Source: Mobula hypostoma (lineage: Eukaryota). Taken from it: a stretch of DNA of 64,000 bases. The stretch covers positions 250,668,001-250,732,000 of the forward strand of contig NC_086097.1 of NCBI RefSeq assembly GCF_963921235.1. Reading direction: 5' to 3'. Positions 25,746 to 37,876 of the stretch are shown here, in pieces. How positions within the stretch are numbered: position 1 is the first letter of the stretch; each line of letters opens with the position of its first letter. Position numbers and translations under genes: made by a program. A model generated the notes under the pieces. That model was not told the origin of the DNA. It made no database searches and was given only the letters and a program-made list of their open reading frames with translations.

Positions 25746-26209
25746 ACAAATAAGCAATGGCAGGCAGTCGAAACAACTGATAGGAACAATGGCAAAAGTA
25801 AAATGTTTTGACTAGATGCCATCGACGTTCAGTGAGCCAACGGATTATTAACAATGAGCTACCGGCTTCCATTCTGTGTTTATTGTTTCAAGTTGTAACA
25901 CTGTTGTAACATGAAACACCGAGAATGTAAATACACTGATGCTCTAAAATGTTTCAAATTAAAGGTTGTGGTCTATTTATAATTAAGTAAATTTATCGAT
26001 TATATTTGTTAACACATAACTAATTACAAGGTATTTCACAATTATATTAACAGATTCTAAAATTATACTAGCAGAAAATTTCAAAATTATATTAACATTA
26101 AGTAGAAGAAAATTCCAGCTGCCACAAAGGCTATGTGCGTGGGAGCCTTTCAGTTACTGCGCAGCTCAGCGGCAACAGAGGTCTTAAGGGACACTTAGTT
26201 AGGCATATG

Positions 26210-26791
26210 TAGTTGGAGGATTAATTTCCTTCCAGTTCAACAAAATAGGTCTTCTCGCCATTAAAGTAACAAAAGCTATCATTCAAGAGGCTGAAGAAGA
26301 TAAAGATCTATGTTCTACCATTGGCAGTCCAAAGATTGCCCCATTCCAATGGTTTTCTCAAACCATATTAAGTTTAAATTTAGAAAAAATTAGAAGCGAT
26401 ATTTTTGACCCTTCGGTTAAATTTGAAGATACCTGGAAACCTTTTATGCAACATTTTCATATGATGTAATCTGACCTTTTCGAATCTTTTTTCTAAAATT
26501 ATATGATGAGAGGAGCGGAGTTAGTGACATTATGGGTCTTGTCTGATACAAGTTGTGGGTCTAGCCCTGTTTTGCCTTTTTTTGGGGGTTTTTTTTTGTT
26601 TATATATTTTTTTTCTTTTTTATTTCTTTGTTAATGTTTAATCTCATTATGAGTTTGGAAGTTTTTTATTTCTATGTCACTTAAAATTCATTTTATATAT
26701 GCTGATGAACATTTTTCCAATCTCTTTGTACCAACTTTGTTATTGAGTTTATAATTTTTGAAAAATTAATTAAAAGATTTAAAAAGGAAAA
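26210..26791 (+). mobile_element. 5'-truncated, 5'-inverted L1 (LINE-1) insertion
   Basis: forward FQWFSQTILSLNLEKIR...KFEDTWKPF (26342-26469), T-rich UTR and A-tail; 26210-26340 encodes the preceding ORF2 segment on the minus strand; TSD AG(T/A)TAGGCATATG. Confidence 0.85.
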
Positions 26792-28239
26792 AGATAGGCA
26801 TATGGATGATAGAAAGATAAAGGGCCGTGTGGGAAGGAAGGGTCAGATTGATCTTAGATTAGGTTAAAAGGCGGCACAGCATTGTGAGCTGAAAGCCCTG
26901 TACTATCTGTAACATACTATGTTCTCTGTTCTATATTCATTGCTTTATCTCATTGGTCAATTATCTTTACGTCTACTCTTCCAGAAATCATTAATCCTGA
27001 CAATTTTGGACTGGGGACCTCCAGAATGAGTTGAAAAATTATGCATGAATGGACGGAGAAATCCTATGGACAGCCACAAGACAAGAGAAAATCGGCAGGT
27101 GCTGGAAATCCAAGCAACACACACAAAATACTGGAGGAACTCAGCAGGCCAGGCAGCATCTGTGGAAAAAGACACAGTCGACACTTCAGGCCGAGACCCA
27201 TCAGCAGGACCCTTCACTGCAGTGAGTAGGGAACCTAGGCACCCAGAAAAAACAATTTTTCTGCTAACCTGAGAGACAGAAGAGGTCATCTTCTTTGGAA
27301 TAAAACAGAACTTTATTGTCATTGCTCAAGACAATGAGATTGCTGTGCTACAGTCTATGCAAAACAGATATTTACAATGCATGCAATAGGGTTTAATTTT
27401 TTAAAATTCCAACAAGTGACATTGATAATCCATAACACTCAAAGGCCATTGGCAAGCCGGGGTGTAGCGTTTTTCAGCCCTCAGGAAGAAGCTGTTTTTC
27501 ACACTTACTGTCTTGGATGTTTCTATATCTCTTACCAGATGGCAGGAGATTGAACAGATAGTGTCTGAGATGGGATGGGTTTTTAATGACGTTAAGAAAA
27601 TACAATGAAGTGCCTCATTTAAGTCAATGACCAACATAATCTGAGATTATGCTGAGAGCCGACCGAAACTGTTGCCAAACTTTCAGCCCCAACTTAGCAT
27701 GTCCACAACTCACCAACCCTAAACATTACGTCTCTGGAATATGGGGCGAATCCAGTGTACCCAGGGGAGACCAACGTGGTCATGGGGAGAACGTACAAAC
27801 TTTGTACAAACAGTGGCAGGAGTTGATCCCTAATGGTTGGAACTATAGTGTTAAGTTAACTGCTGTGCTACTGTGTCATTCTCTGTTCCTCCATAGCATT
27901 AGTGGGGTATACTGGTAGCTCTTCAGTTGCACGCCTTTTTGCTTGAATTTTACTCTATGTTTTAATCTGGGACTATGAAAGCACAGCCAAAATATAGCCT
28001 TGTACGCAGCATCATTCCCACAATCCTGATTAATAAGTTACAGAACCTGGCCGCTGAACCTCCCTCTGCAATTGGATCCTCAACTTCCTAACCAGAAGAC
28101 CAACATCTGTGCGAATTGGTGATAATGTATCCTCCTCGCTGACGATCAACACTGGCGCACCTCGGGTGTGTGCTTAGCCCACTGCTCTGCTCTCTGTATA
28201 CACATGACTGTGTGGCTAGGCATAGCTCAAATACCATCT

Positions 28240-28526
28240 TGTGGCGACCCACTTTCTGGCACCCACGAACCGGCTCACGAAACAGTGCGCGCAGGCAGAG
28301 GGCCGGCAGCAAAAAGGGCGCCAGGCCATCTTCACCAGCAGGGGGAAAATCCCGCACGCAGAAAGGGTCTGGGAATATGCATTCCCCACAGTAGTCCCGC
28401 CCAGGGAGGGCGGGAACTGGAAGGCTTTAAAGCGGGCCGCGAAGCTTGAATAAATCTCTTTCATCGCAACTCTAACTCACCGACTCCGTGTGGTTATTCT
28501 AGCGCTGTGTGTAGCACACCGCTACA
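28240..28526 (+). repeat. 5' LTR
   Basis: TGTGGCG...CGCTACA; AATAAA inside; 10 differences from the 3' LTR by manual count. Confidence 0.95.
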
Positions 28527-28528
28527 AT

Positions 28529-28542
28529 TGGTGACCCCGACG
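28529..28542 (+). other. primer-binding site complementary to the tRNA-Trp 3' end
   Basis: TGGTGACCCCGACG, 2 nt after the LTR; matches the reverse complement of the vertebrate tRNA-Trp 3' end (...CGUCGGGGUCACCA). Confidence 0.88.
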
Positions 28543-28566
28543 GCCCAAACAATATTTGGACCAGAG

Positions 28567-29271
28567 ATGACCGACGCTGCATCTGTTCACGCAGTTTCGT
28601 TAAAACTGCCAAGCTTCTGGATGCTGCGACCCCATTTATGGTTCGAACAAGCAAAAGCACAACTCCACATTCGGCAGATAACCTCGGAGTCCACTCACTA
28701 CTAGTACGTGCTGAGCTCCCTCGACCAGAAGACTGCTGCACAAGTTGAGGAGTTTATACAGTCGCCCCCGGAGGACGGCAAATACACAGCATTCAAAGCC
28801 CTGCTCATAAGGACTTTCGGACTCTCATGGCGCGAACGAGCACGCCGCTTAATGCACCTGGATGGTTTGGGAGACAGGCCGCCGTCAGCATTAATGAATG
28901 AGATGCTGGCCCTGGCTGAAGGACACAAACCCTGCCTCATGTTTGAGCAGGCGTTCCTAGAGCAACTGCCCGAGGACATTTGCCTGCTGCTGTCCGACGC
29001 AGATTTCAGCGACCCCCGGGAGGTGGCGGCCCGAGCAGATGTGCTGTGGAATGCCAGGAAAGAGAGAGGGGCATCCGTCGCACAGATCACCAAGCCGCGT
29101 GCCCAACGACAGACCAGACCAGGCCCGGCAGCAGAGCCTACAAAACCCGGCGATGGGAGTGAAGAGTCTAACGAACAATGGTGTTTCTACCACCAGCGGT
29201 GGGGCACGGAGGCCCGCCGCTGCAGACCGCCCTGCAAATTCCCGGGAAACGCCAGGGCCAGCCGCCGCTGA
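28567..29271 (+). pseudogene. gag: Gypsy gag with an in-frame stop at 28702-28704
   Basis: MTDAASVHAVSLKLPSFW...; C-x2-H-x9-C-x3-C motif (CFYHQRWGTEARRCRPPC). Confidence 0.88.
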
Positions 29272-29294
29272 TGGCTACGGCGGCTAGCCATCAG
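29244..29294 (+). promoter_or_regulatory. putative -1 ribosomal frameshift signal: G GGA AAC plus downstream stem-loop/pseudoknot
   Basis: heptamer is in the gag frame and pol is in the -1 frame; AGCCGCCG/CGGCGGCT and CTGATGGCT/AGCCATCAG complementarities. Confidence 0.7.
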
Positions 29295-32200
29295 GACAGC
29301 CTCCTGTACGTCTGGGACAAGCAGTCGGGACGCCGCTTTTTGGTCGACACCGGAGCGGAGATCAGCGTCTTACCTCCAACGAGTTATGACACCTGCAACA
29401 GAGAACTGGGACCCACCCTGAGGGCCGCTAATGGCAGCACAATACGAACCTACGGCACCCGCACGGTGCGGCTACAGTTCAGCTCCAGCCGGTTCACGTG
29501 GGACTTCACACTGGCCGCTGTGGCCCAACCACTGCTGGGGGCAGATTTTCTACGAGCCCACAGCCTGCTGGTCGACTTGCAAGGGAAGCGATTAGTCCAC
29601 GCCAAGACTTTTCAAACGTTCTCCCTGGGTGAAGCACAGTTGCCAGCCCCACACCTGGACTCCATCACGCTGTCCGACGATGAATTCACCAGCGTCCTGG
29701 CGGATTTCCCATCAGTACTGACACCGCAATTCACGGCAGCCATGCCCAGACACGGAGTACAGCACCACATCCCGACCCAGGGACCACCCCTCCACGCCCG
29801 TGCTCGAAGGCTTCCCCCGGACAAGCTCCGACTGGCGAAGGAGGAGTTCAAGAAGATGGAGGAATTGGGGATCATACGACGGTCCGACAGCCCATGGGCC
29901 TCCCCCCTTCACATGGTGCCCAAGGCAACGAGGGGCTGGAGACCATGCGGTGACTACCGCAGACTGAACGAGGCTACAACGCCAGACCGCTACCCTGTGC
30001 CGCACATTCAAGACTTCACAGCAAACCTACACGGCGCAAGGATCTTTTCCAAGGTAGACCTCGTCTGGGGATACCATCAAGTCCCTGTACATCCGGACGA
30101 CATCCCCAAAACAGCACTTATCACCCCGTTCGGACTTTTTGAATTCCTCTGAATGCCGTTTGGTCTAAAGAATGCCGCACAGACTTTCCAGCGGCTAATG
30201 GACGCGGTGGGACGCGACCTGGACTTTGCATTCATCTATTTGGACGACATCCTCATAGCCAGCAGTAGTCGGCAGGAGCATCTGTCCCACCTCCGCCAGC
30301 TCTACTCCCGCCTGAGTGAATTCAGCCTTACAATCAATCCAGCCAAATGCCAGTTCGGACTCGACACCATCGACTTCCTGGGCCACAGGATTACTAAAGA
30401 CGGGGCAACCCCGCTGCCCACCAAGGTAGACGCGGTCCGCAACTTCCCCCGACCCAACACAATCAAAGGCCTGCAGGAATTCGTGGGTATGGTGAATTTC
30501 TACTACCGTTTCCTCCCCTCAGCAGCCCGAACCATGCGCCCCTTGTTCACTCTAATGTCGGGTAAGGGCAAGGACATTACCTGGGACGAAGAGGCTGCAA
30601 CCGCTTTCGTTAAAACCAAAGAAGCCTTGGCAAACGCCGCGATGCTAGTGCACCCCAGAATGGACGTTCCTACTGCCCTCACGGTGGACGCATCCAACAC
30701 AGCAGTCAGTGGAGTGCTGGAACAACTCATCGAGGGTCGCTGGCAACCCCTGGCGTTCTTCAGCAAACACCTACGACCACCCGAACTCAAATACAGTGCT
30801 TTCGACCAGGAGCTATTGGCACTATACCTGGCAATCCGGCATTTCAGGTACTTCTTAGAAGGTAGGCACTTCACCGCGTTCACAGACCACAAACCGCTTA
30901 CCTTTGCGTTCACTAAGGTGTCCGACCCCTGGTCGTCCCGCCAGCAGCGACATCTGTCCTACATCTCCGAGTACACGATGGACATCCAGCATGTCTCTGG
31001 AAAGAACAATGTCGTGGCAGACGCACTTTCCAGACCTACCATACAGGCCCTGTCCCGGGGGTGGACTATGCAGCGCTGGCAGAGGCACAGCAGGCAGACA
31101 CTGAGATCCCCAGTTACAGGACTGCAGTCTCCGGTTTGCAGCTCCAAGACCTCCCCGTAGGCCCAGGTGAGAGGACCCTACTATGTGACGTAGCTACTGG
31201 CCAACCCCGCCCCGTCGTCCCAGCAGCCTGGCGCCGGCGAGTGTTCGAATCCATTCACAACTTAGCGCACCCCTCCATCAGGACAACCGTCCTGCTGGTC
31301 GCCAACAGGTTCGTGTGGCATGGACTGCGTAAACAGGTCAGTGAATGGGCCAAAACGTGCATGCAGTGCCAAACGGCCAAGGTGCAGTGGCACACCAAGG
31401 CTCCACCGCAGCGGTTCGAACCCATCCGCCGGAGGTTCGACCACATCCATGTGGATATCGTGGGGCCCCTGCCAGTGTCACGAGGAGCGCGGTACCTCCT
31501 AACTATGATAGACCGGTTCACCAGATGGCCAGAGGCAGTCCCGCTCAGCGACACCACCTCCGAATCCTGCGCCCAAGCACTGATCGCAACCTGGGTAGCA
31601 CGCTTTGGGGTACCGGCCCACATTACCTCCGACAGGGGCGCCCAGTTCACCTCCAGCCTGTGGTCGGCTATGGCCAGATTTTTAGGAACACAGCTACACC
31701 ACACAACTGCCTACCACCCACAGTCGAACGGACTAGTGGAACGCTTCCACCGTCACCTGAAATCGGCTCTCATGGCCCGCCTGGAGGGGCCTAACTGGGT
31801 GGACGAACTTCCCTGGGTCCTGCTCAGAATCCGCACAGCGCCCAAAGAGGATCTACACACCTCGTCGGCCGAGTTGGTGTACGGCGCGCCCCTGGTCGTC
31901 CCAGGAGAGTTCATACCAGCCCCAAGGGGGCAAGAGGAAGAACCCACAGCAGTCCTGGACAGACTACGGGAGAGGCTCGGTAACCTGGCCCCCATACCCA
32001 CTTCACAGCACGGACAGAGCCCGACCTGCGTACCCAAAGACCTGCAGAACTCTAAGTTTCTTTTTGTACGACGGGGCGGACACCGGGCACCGCTACAGCT
32101 GCCCTACGAGGGGCCGTTTAAGGTGATCAGGAACAACGGGTCCACGTTCGTGCTGGACATTGGGGGGAGAGAGGAGGTTTTCACAGTGGACCGACTCAAA

Positions 32201-32485
32201 CCGGCCCATGTGGACTTGGCGCAGCCGGTCCAGGCTCAGGCACCGCGGCGCAGGGGCAGACCTCCCAAACAGAGGCCGATCCAGACTGTGGACATTGGGG
32301 GAGGTATCGCCAGTTCTTGGGGGGGGGTTATGTGGCGACCCACTTTCTGGCACCCACGAACCGGCTCACGAAACAGCGTGCGCAGGCAGAGGGCCGGCAG
32401 CAAAAAGGGCGCCAGGCCATCTTCACCAGCAGGGGGAAAATCCCGCGCACGGAAAGGGTCTGGGAATATGCATTCCCCACAGTAG
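29271..32485 (+). pseudogene. pol: Gypsy pol (protease, RT, RNase H, integrase) with a stop at 30150-30152 and a frameshift near 31057
   Basis: LVDTGA, YLDD, DAS...FTDHKPL, HHCC plus D,D,E integrase (HVDIVGP, SDRGAQF, VERFH), GPF/Y module. Confidence 0.92.
32319..32327 (+). other. polypurine tract
   Basis: G9 run 3 nt before the 3' LTR. Confidence 0.8.
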
Positions 32486-32617
32486 TCCCGCCCAGGGAGG
32501 GCAGGAACGGGAAGGCTTTAAAGCGGGCCGCGAAGTTTGAATAAATCTCTTTCATCGCAACTCTAACTCACCGACTCCGTGTGGTTATTCTAGCGCTGTG
32601 TGTAGCACATTGCTACA
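32331..32617 (+). repeat. 3' LTR
   Basis: direct repeat of 28240-28526. Confidence 0.95.
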
Positions 32618-33958
32618 ATCTACAAATTTGCTGATGATACAACCATTGTTGGTAAAATCTCAGATGGTGACGAGAGGGTGTACAGGAGTGAGATATGCCA
32701 ACTGGTGGAGTGGTGTCACAGCAACAACCTGGCACTCAATGTCAGTAAGGCAAAAGAGCTGATTGTGGACTTCAGGAAGGGCGAGACGAAGGAACACATA
32801 CCAATCCTCATAGAGGGACCAGAAGTGGAGATAGTGAGCGGTTTCAAGTTCCTGGGTGTCAAGATCTCTGAGGATCTAACCTGGTCCCAACATATCGATG
32901 CAGTTATAAAGAAGGCAAGACAGCAGCTATACTTCATTCGGAGTTTGAAGAGATATGGTATGTCAAAAAATACGCACAGAAACTTCTATAGTTGTACTGT
33001 GGAGAGCATTCTGACAGGCTGCATCACTGTCTGGTATGGAGTGGCTACTGCACAAGACCGAAAGAAGCTGCAGAGGGTTGTAAATCTAGTCAGCTCCATC
33101 TTGGGTACTAGCCTACAAAGTACCCAGGACATCTTCAAGGAGCGGTGTCTCAGAAAGGCAGCGTCCATTATTAAGGACCTCCAGCACCCAGGGCATGCCC
33201 TTTTCTCACTGTTACCATCAGGGAGGAGGTACAGAAGCCTGAAGGCACACACTCAGCGATTCAGGAACAGCTTCTTCCCCTCTGCCATCTGACATTGAAC
33301 CCGTGAACACTACCTCACTTTTTAATATATAATATTTCTGCTTTTGCACAATTTTTGATCTATTCAATATACATATACTGTAATTGATTTATTTTTTTGC
33401 TTCTTCTTCTATATAATGTATTGCATTGAACTGCTGCTGCTAAGTTAACAAATTCCACGACACATGCCGGTGATAGTAAACCTGATTCTGATGAGTAATT
33501 TAACAGCAACTCAAATAACCACGCGTTACAACCTCGAAACGGATGGGCAACAGCAGCGAAATACCACAAACGTACATTCAGTGGCCACTTTATTAGGTAC
33601 AGGAGGTACCTGTAAAATTGCTTCTGAGTGCATGTTGTGAAATGTGTTGTTTTGTGGCTACAGTACTTAAAGTTTACCAAGTCCAAGGTTTGTTTGTCTG
33701 CTTGAAGCATTAACTGTCTTTCTTGTCGCTTCTCGGAGAGTAAAGAGCAACAAACAATCTGCTGGGGGATCTCAACGGGTCAAGCGGCGACTGTGGGGGG
33801 AATAAAAATGGTTTCCCCATCATCTGGTATGGAGGGGCCAATGAACAGGATTGGTAAAATGCTGCAGAACGTACATAGGTACACTCAGCGGCCACTGTTT
33901 TATCCAACTCTTGTACAGCACAGGATATATATGAGATATATGTGAGCTTCATACGTAC

Positions 33959-34189
33959 CTCCCTCACTTCCCAATTGGTCTGTAACTTTGATTCGTAGAA
34001 CGTATTCTGGTGCAGTCTTCTTTTCAAGAGCTCCTTTGAAGCGTTGGATAGTGCCATCAAAGTCACCAATTTGGAACATGTTATCTTCTGGAATCTTTGG
34101 CTCTTGATCAATGATTTCATACTTCAACAAAGTGTTTTTTGTGTCTTCGTCATCCATGTCCTTTGCAATTAATTGTCCAATATTGCTTC
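33959..34189 (-). CDS. cdh17: cadherin-17 coding exon (EC4): SNIGQLIAKDMDDEDTKNTLLKYEIIDQEPKIPEDNMFQIGDFDGTIQRFKGALEKKTAPEYVLRIKVTDQLGSEG(G)
   Basis: 231 nt, phase 1-1; acceptor ctcaattcag, donor gtacgt; an alternative in-frame donor gtgagg would end the exon at 33968; overlaps ORF 33900..34157. Confidence 0.88.
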
Positions 34190-34379
34190 CTGAATTGAGA
34201 AAATTGTTAAAGTTTGTTCACTGTCATTTCCTGTACACAAGTGCAAATGAGAATGAAATAATTGTTACTCTGGGTCCGATGCAGTACAAAAAAGCACAAT
34301 AAAGTAAAGATAAAGAACAGAATAATTGAAGAACATGAAAAATATAAATACATAAGATAGCTTATATCTTATGTTACAA

Positions 34380-36845
34380 TAGTCATGGGGGATTTCAATG
34401 TGCAGGTAGATTGGGAAAATCGGGTTAGTGATAACCCCCAAGAGGGGGTTTTTCTCAAGTGCCTATGAGAATGCCAGCCACTGCTGCTCAGCTGTCATCC
34501 CTGCCAGTAGCCCATGGTTGAGCCCTTTAGGGGATCAGCTATTCTGGGTTGGATTTTGGACAATGAACCAGAATTGATTAGAGAACTTAAGGTAAAAGAG
34601 CCCTGAGGGGCAAGTAATCATAATATGATCAAATCCACCCTGAATTTTGAGAAGGAGAAGCTAAGGTGAGAGGCATCAATATTACAGTGTTGGAATACAA
34701 TGTTGGAAAGTGCATGGTCATGTACTTTGGTAGTAAAAATAAATGTGCAGACTATTTTCTAAATGGGGAGAAAATCCAAAAATTTGAGATGCAAAGGGAC
34801 TTGGGAGTCCTTGTGCAGAACAGCCTACGGTTAAATGCAGGTAGAGTTGGTGGTGAGGAAGGCAAATGAAATGTAGGCATTAATTTCAAGAAGTCTAGAA
34901 TACAAGAGCGGGGATGTGATGCTGAGGCTTCATAAGGCACTGGCGAGGTCTTACCTTGAGTACCGTGAACAGTTTTGGGCCCCATATCTGAGAAAAGATG
35001 TGCTGGTATTGGAGAAGGTTCAGAGGAGGTTCACAACGATGATTTGGGGAATGAAAGGGTTATCATATGAGGAACGTTTGATAGTTCTGGGTCTATACTC
35101 ACTGGAATTTAGAAAGCTGAGGGTGAATCTCATTGAAACCTTTTGCATGTTGAAAGGCCTAGACAGTAGATGTGGAAAGGATGTTTCCCATAGTGGGGGA
35201 GTCTAGGACAAGAGGGCACAGCCTCAGGATAGAGGGGCACCCATTTAAATTAGATGCAGAGAAATTTCTTTAGCCAGAGAGTGGTGAATTTGTAGAATTG
35301 ATTACCATAGGCAACTGTGGAGGCCAGGTCATTGGGTATATTTAAGGCAGAGATTGATAGGTTTTTGATTTGATATGGCATCAAAGGTTACGGGGAGAAG
35401 CCCAGGGAGTGGGGCTGAGGAGGAAAAAAAATAGGATCAGCCATGATTAAATGGTGGAGCAGACTTGATGGGCCAAATGGCCTAATTCTACTCCTATGTT
35501 TTATGGTCTTATCAAGGTTGAGGTCTCAGGGTACTTGGAAGCACATGATAAAATAGGCCATAATCAGCATGGTTTCTTCAAGAGAAAATCTTCCCTGACA
35601 AATCTGTTGGTATTCTTTGAACAAGTAACAAGCAGGACAGACAAAGTAGAATCGGTTGATGTGTATTTGAATTTTGAGAAGGCCTTTGACAAGGTGCAAC
35701 ATACTATATGAGGCTGCTTAACAAGCTATGTGCCCATGGTATTACAGGGAAGATTCTAGAAAGGTTAAAACAGAGGCTGACTGGCAGGAAGCAAAGAGTG
35801 GGAATAAAGGGAGCCTTTCCTGGCTGGCTGCCGATGACTGTGGTGCTTCACAGGAGTCTGTGTTGGGACGGGTTATTTTTACGTTATATGTCAATGATTT
35901 GAATGATGGAATTGATGGCTTTGTTCCAAAGTTTGTAGATGATATGAAGGTAGGTGGAGGGGCAGGTAATTTTGAGGAAGTAGAGGCGTTACAGAAGGAA
36001 AATTTGGAGATGTGGCAAAGAAATGGAATACAGTGTTGGGAAATGTATGCTCATGCACTTTGGTAGAAGAAATGAAGGGTTGACTCTTTTCTAAATGTAG
36101 AAAAAATATTAAAAAACGGAGGTGCAAGTGGACTTGGGAGTGCTTGTGCAGAATTTTCTGAAGGTTAATTTGCAGTTTGAGTCTAAGGAGAGGAAGGCAA
36201 ATGTGATGTTAGCATTCATTTCAAAAGGACTAGAATATAAAAGCCAGGATGTAATGTTGAGACTTTATAAGGCACTGGAGAGGCCTCACTGAGAATATTG
36301 TGAGCAGTTTTGGTCCCCTTATCTTAGAAGGGATGTGCTGAAATTGGAGAGGGTTCAAAGGAAGTTCACAAAAATGATTCCTGGTTTGAACAGCCTGTCA
36401 TATGAAGAACATTTGATGGTTCTGGGCCTGTATTCACTGGAATTCGGAAGAATGAGGGATGACTTAATTGAAATCTATCAAATAGTGAAAGGCCTTGATA
36501 AAGTGGACGTGGAGAGGATGTTTCCTGTGCTCTTAGATTCTAAGACTAGAAGACGCAGCCTCAGAATAGAGGGGCTTTCTTTTAGATTGATGATGAGGAG
36601 GAATTTCTTTAACCAGAGAGTGGTGAATCTATGGAATTCACTGCCACAAGCTTTGGACGCCAGGTATTTATGTATATTTAAGGCAGAGGTTGATAGATCC
36701 TTGATTTGTCAGGGCATGAAGGGATATGGGGAGAAGGCTGGAGATTAGAGCTGAGAGGGAAAATGGATCAGCCATGATGAAATGGCGGAGCAGACTCAAT
36801 GGACCAGGTGGCCTAATTCTGCTCCTGTATCTTATGGTCCTATGG
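34380..36845 (+). mobile_element. cluster of degraded CR1 fragments
   Basis: ORFs 34916..35206, 35496..35711, 36335..36748 with CR1 RT and C-terminal motifs. Confidence 0.8.
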
Positions 36846-37725
36846 TGTTGCATAGATCGATTGATTAAATGTCCATAATGTGACGGTCGGCACAGGACTG
36901 TCTGTAGATAAGGTGACTATGACAGGAAATAATAAGTAGTAGTCTTTCTCTTCCAAGAATTGTGTCTGGCCTACTGGGATTTTACAGTATTTTCTTTATT
37001 TCAGATTTCCAACCTCTGCGTCCCATTCCTCTAAACAAAGCGTAGGATGTTACCAGCTCCAATAGGACCACAACCTTGTCGTGGTTTGGAGGTCTGCACA
37101 CCTCAAAGACCCAGAGAATTATGCTGGCTGGAGTCAGGGCCTTATACTTTGGCTCTTGGTAGGGTCACCATAAGACCATAAGATACAGGATCTGAATTAG
37201 TTCATTTGGCCCACCAAGGCTGCTTCGCCATTTCATCATGGCTGATCCAATATTCCTCTCAGTCCCAATATCCTGTCTTCTCCCTGTATCCCTTCATCCT
37301 CTGACCAATCAAGAATCTATCATATCTGCCTTAAATATACATACAGACATAGTCTGGCCTTTACCCTTTCACCTGTTTGGATGAGGGAGTCATTGGCACA
37401 GGCAGCTGTGGAGACCAAGAGTGGTCCAGCAGTCCTCCAGGTCTGGGGGTTCAGCTCAGTGTTAACTGACTGATAAAACAAAACTGTTATGGAAACAGCA
37501 ATGTGGAATCCTTCTACATCTGAGAGCGGCAGTATTCCTGAGTCTCCACCCGGGACTTGCATGGCTGACAGTAGTGGAAATTGAGAGGAAGCTACTGGCA
37601 TGGTGGAAGAAGCCCCTGAACATCTCCCAGATGGAGGACCTTCATTGCTGACCTAACAACTAGCAGCACAATGGGAAATAAGTACAATATTACCAACAAG
37701 TATTCTTTGATGAAATTCTGCTCAC

Positions 37726-37876
37726 CCATCTTTTCATTTTCTTGCACCTCGAGGAATGTCACTGGGCTTTTACAGACAGGGCTGTTGTCATTAATATCCT
37801 TCACGATGACCACAATTTCCAGTGGGTCTTCCAGATTCTCCATTTTGTTATCCAGAGCGTAAACCAACAGCAGATA
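37726..37876 (-). CDS. cdh17: cadherin-17 coding exon (EC3/EC4): YLLLVYALDNKMENLEDPLEIVVIVKDINDNSPVCKSPVTFLEVQENEKM(G)
   Basis: 151 nt, phase 0-1; acceptor tgtgcttag, donor gtgagc; DINDN-x-P; overlaps ORF 37592..37867. Confidence 0.94.

Larger units (their letters stand above)
28240..32617 (+). mobile_element. full-length Ty3/Gypsy LTR retrotransposon, CsRn1 clade, disabled
   Basis: 287-bp LTRs with TG...CA ends, 4-bp TSD ATCT, tRNA-Trp PBS, PPT, CHCC Gag knuckle, PR-RT-RH-IN domain order. Confidence 0.95.
27990..33492 (+). mobile_element. Rex1/Babar LINE RT-to-3' fragment that hosts the Gypsy provirus
   Basis: [35 protein letters not shown] is joined across the insertion; ORF 32678..33292; tail aaacctgattctgat. 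Confidence 0.85.

Noticed and set aside
32331..32485. Integrase ORF extension into the 3' LTR as an extra domain
   Set aside because: Read-through into LTR sequence after a G-run; no chromodomain or env features.
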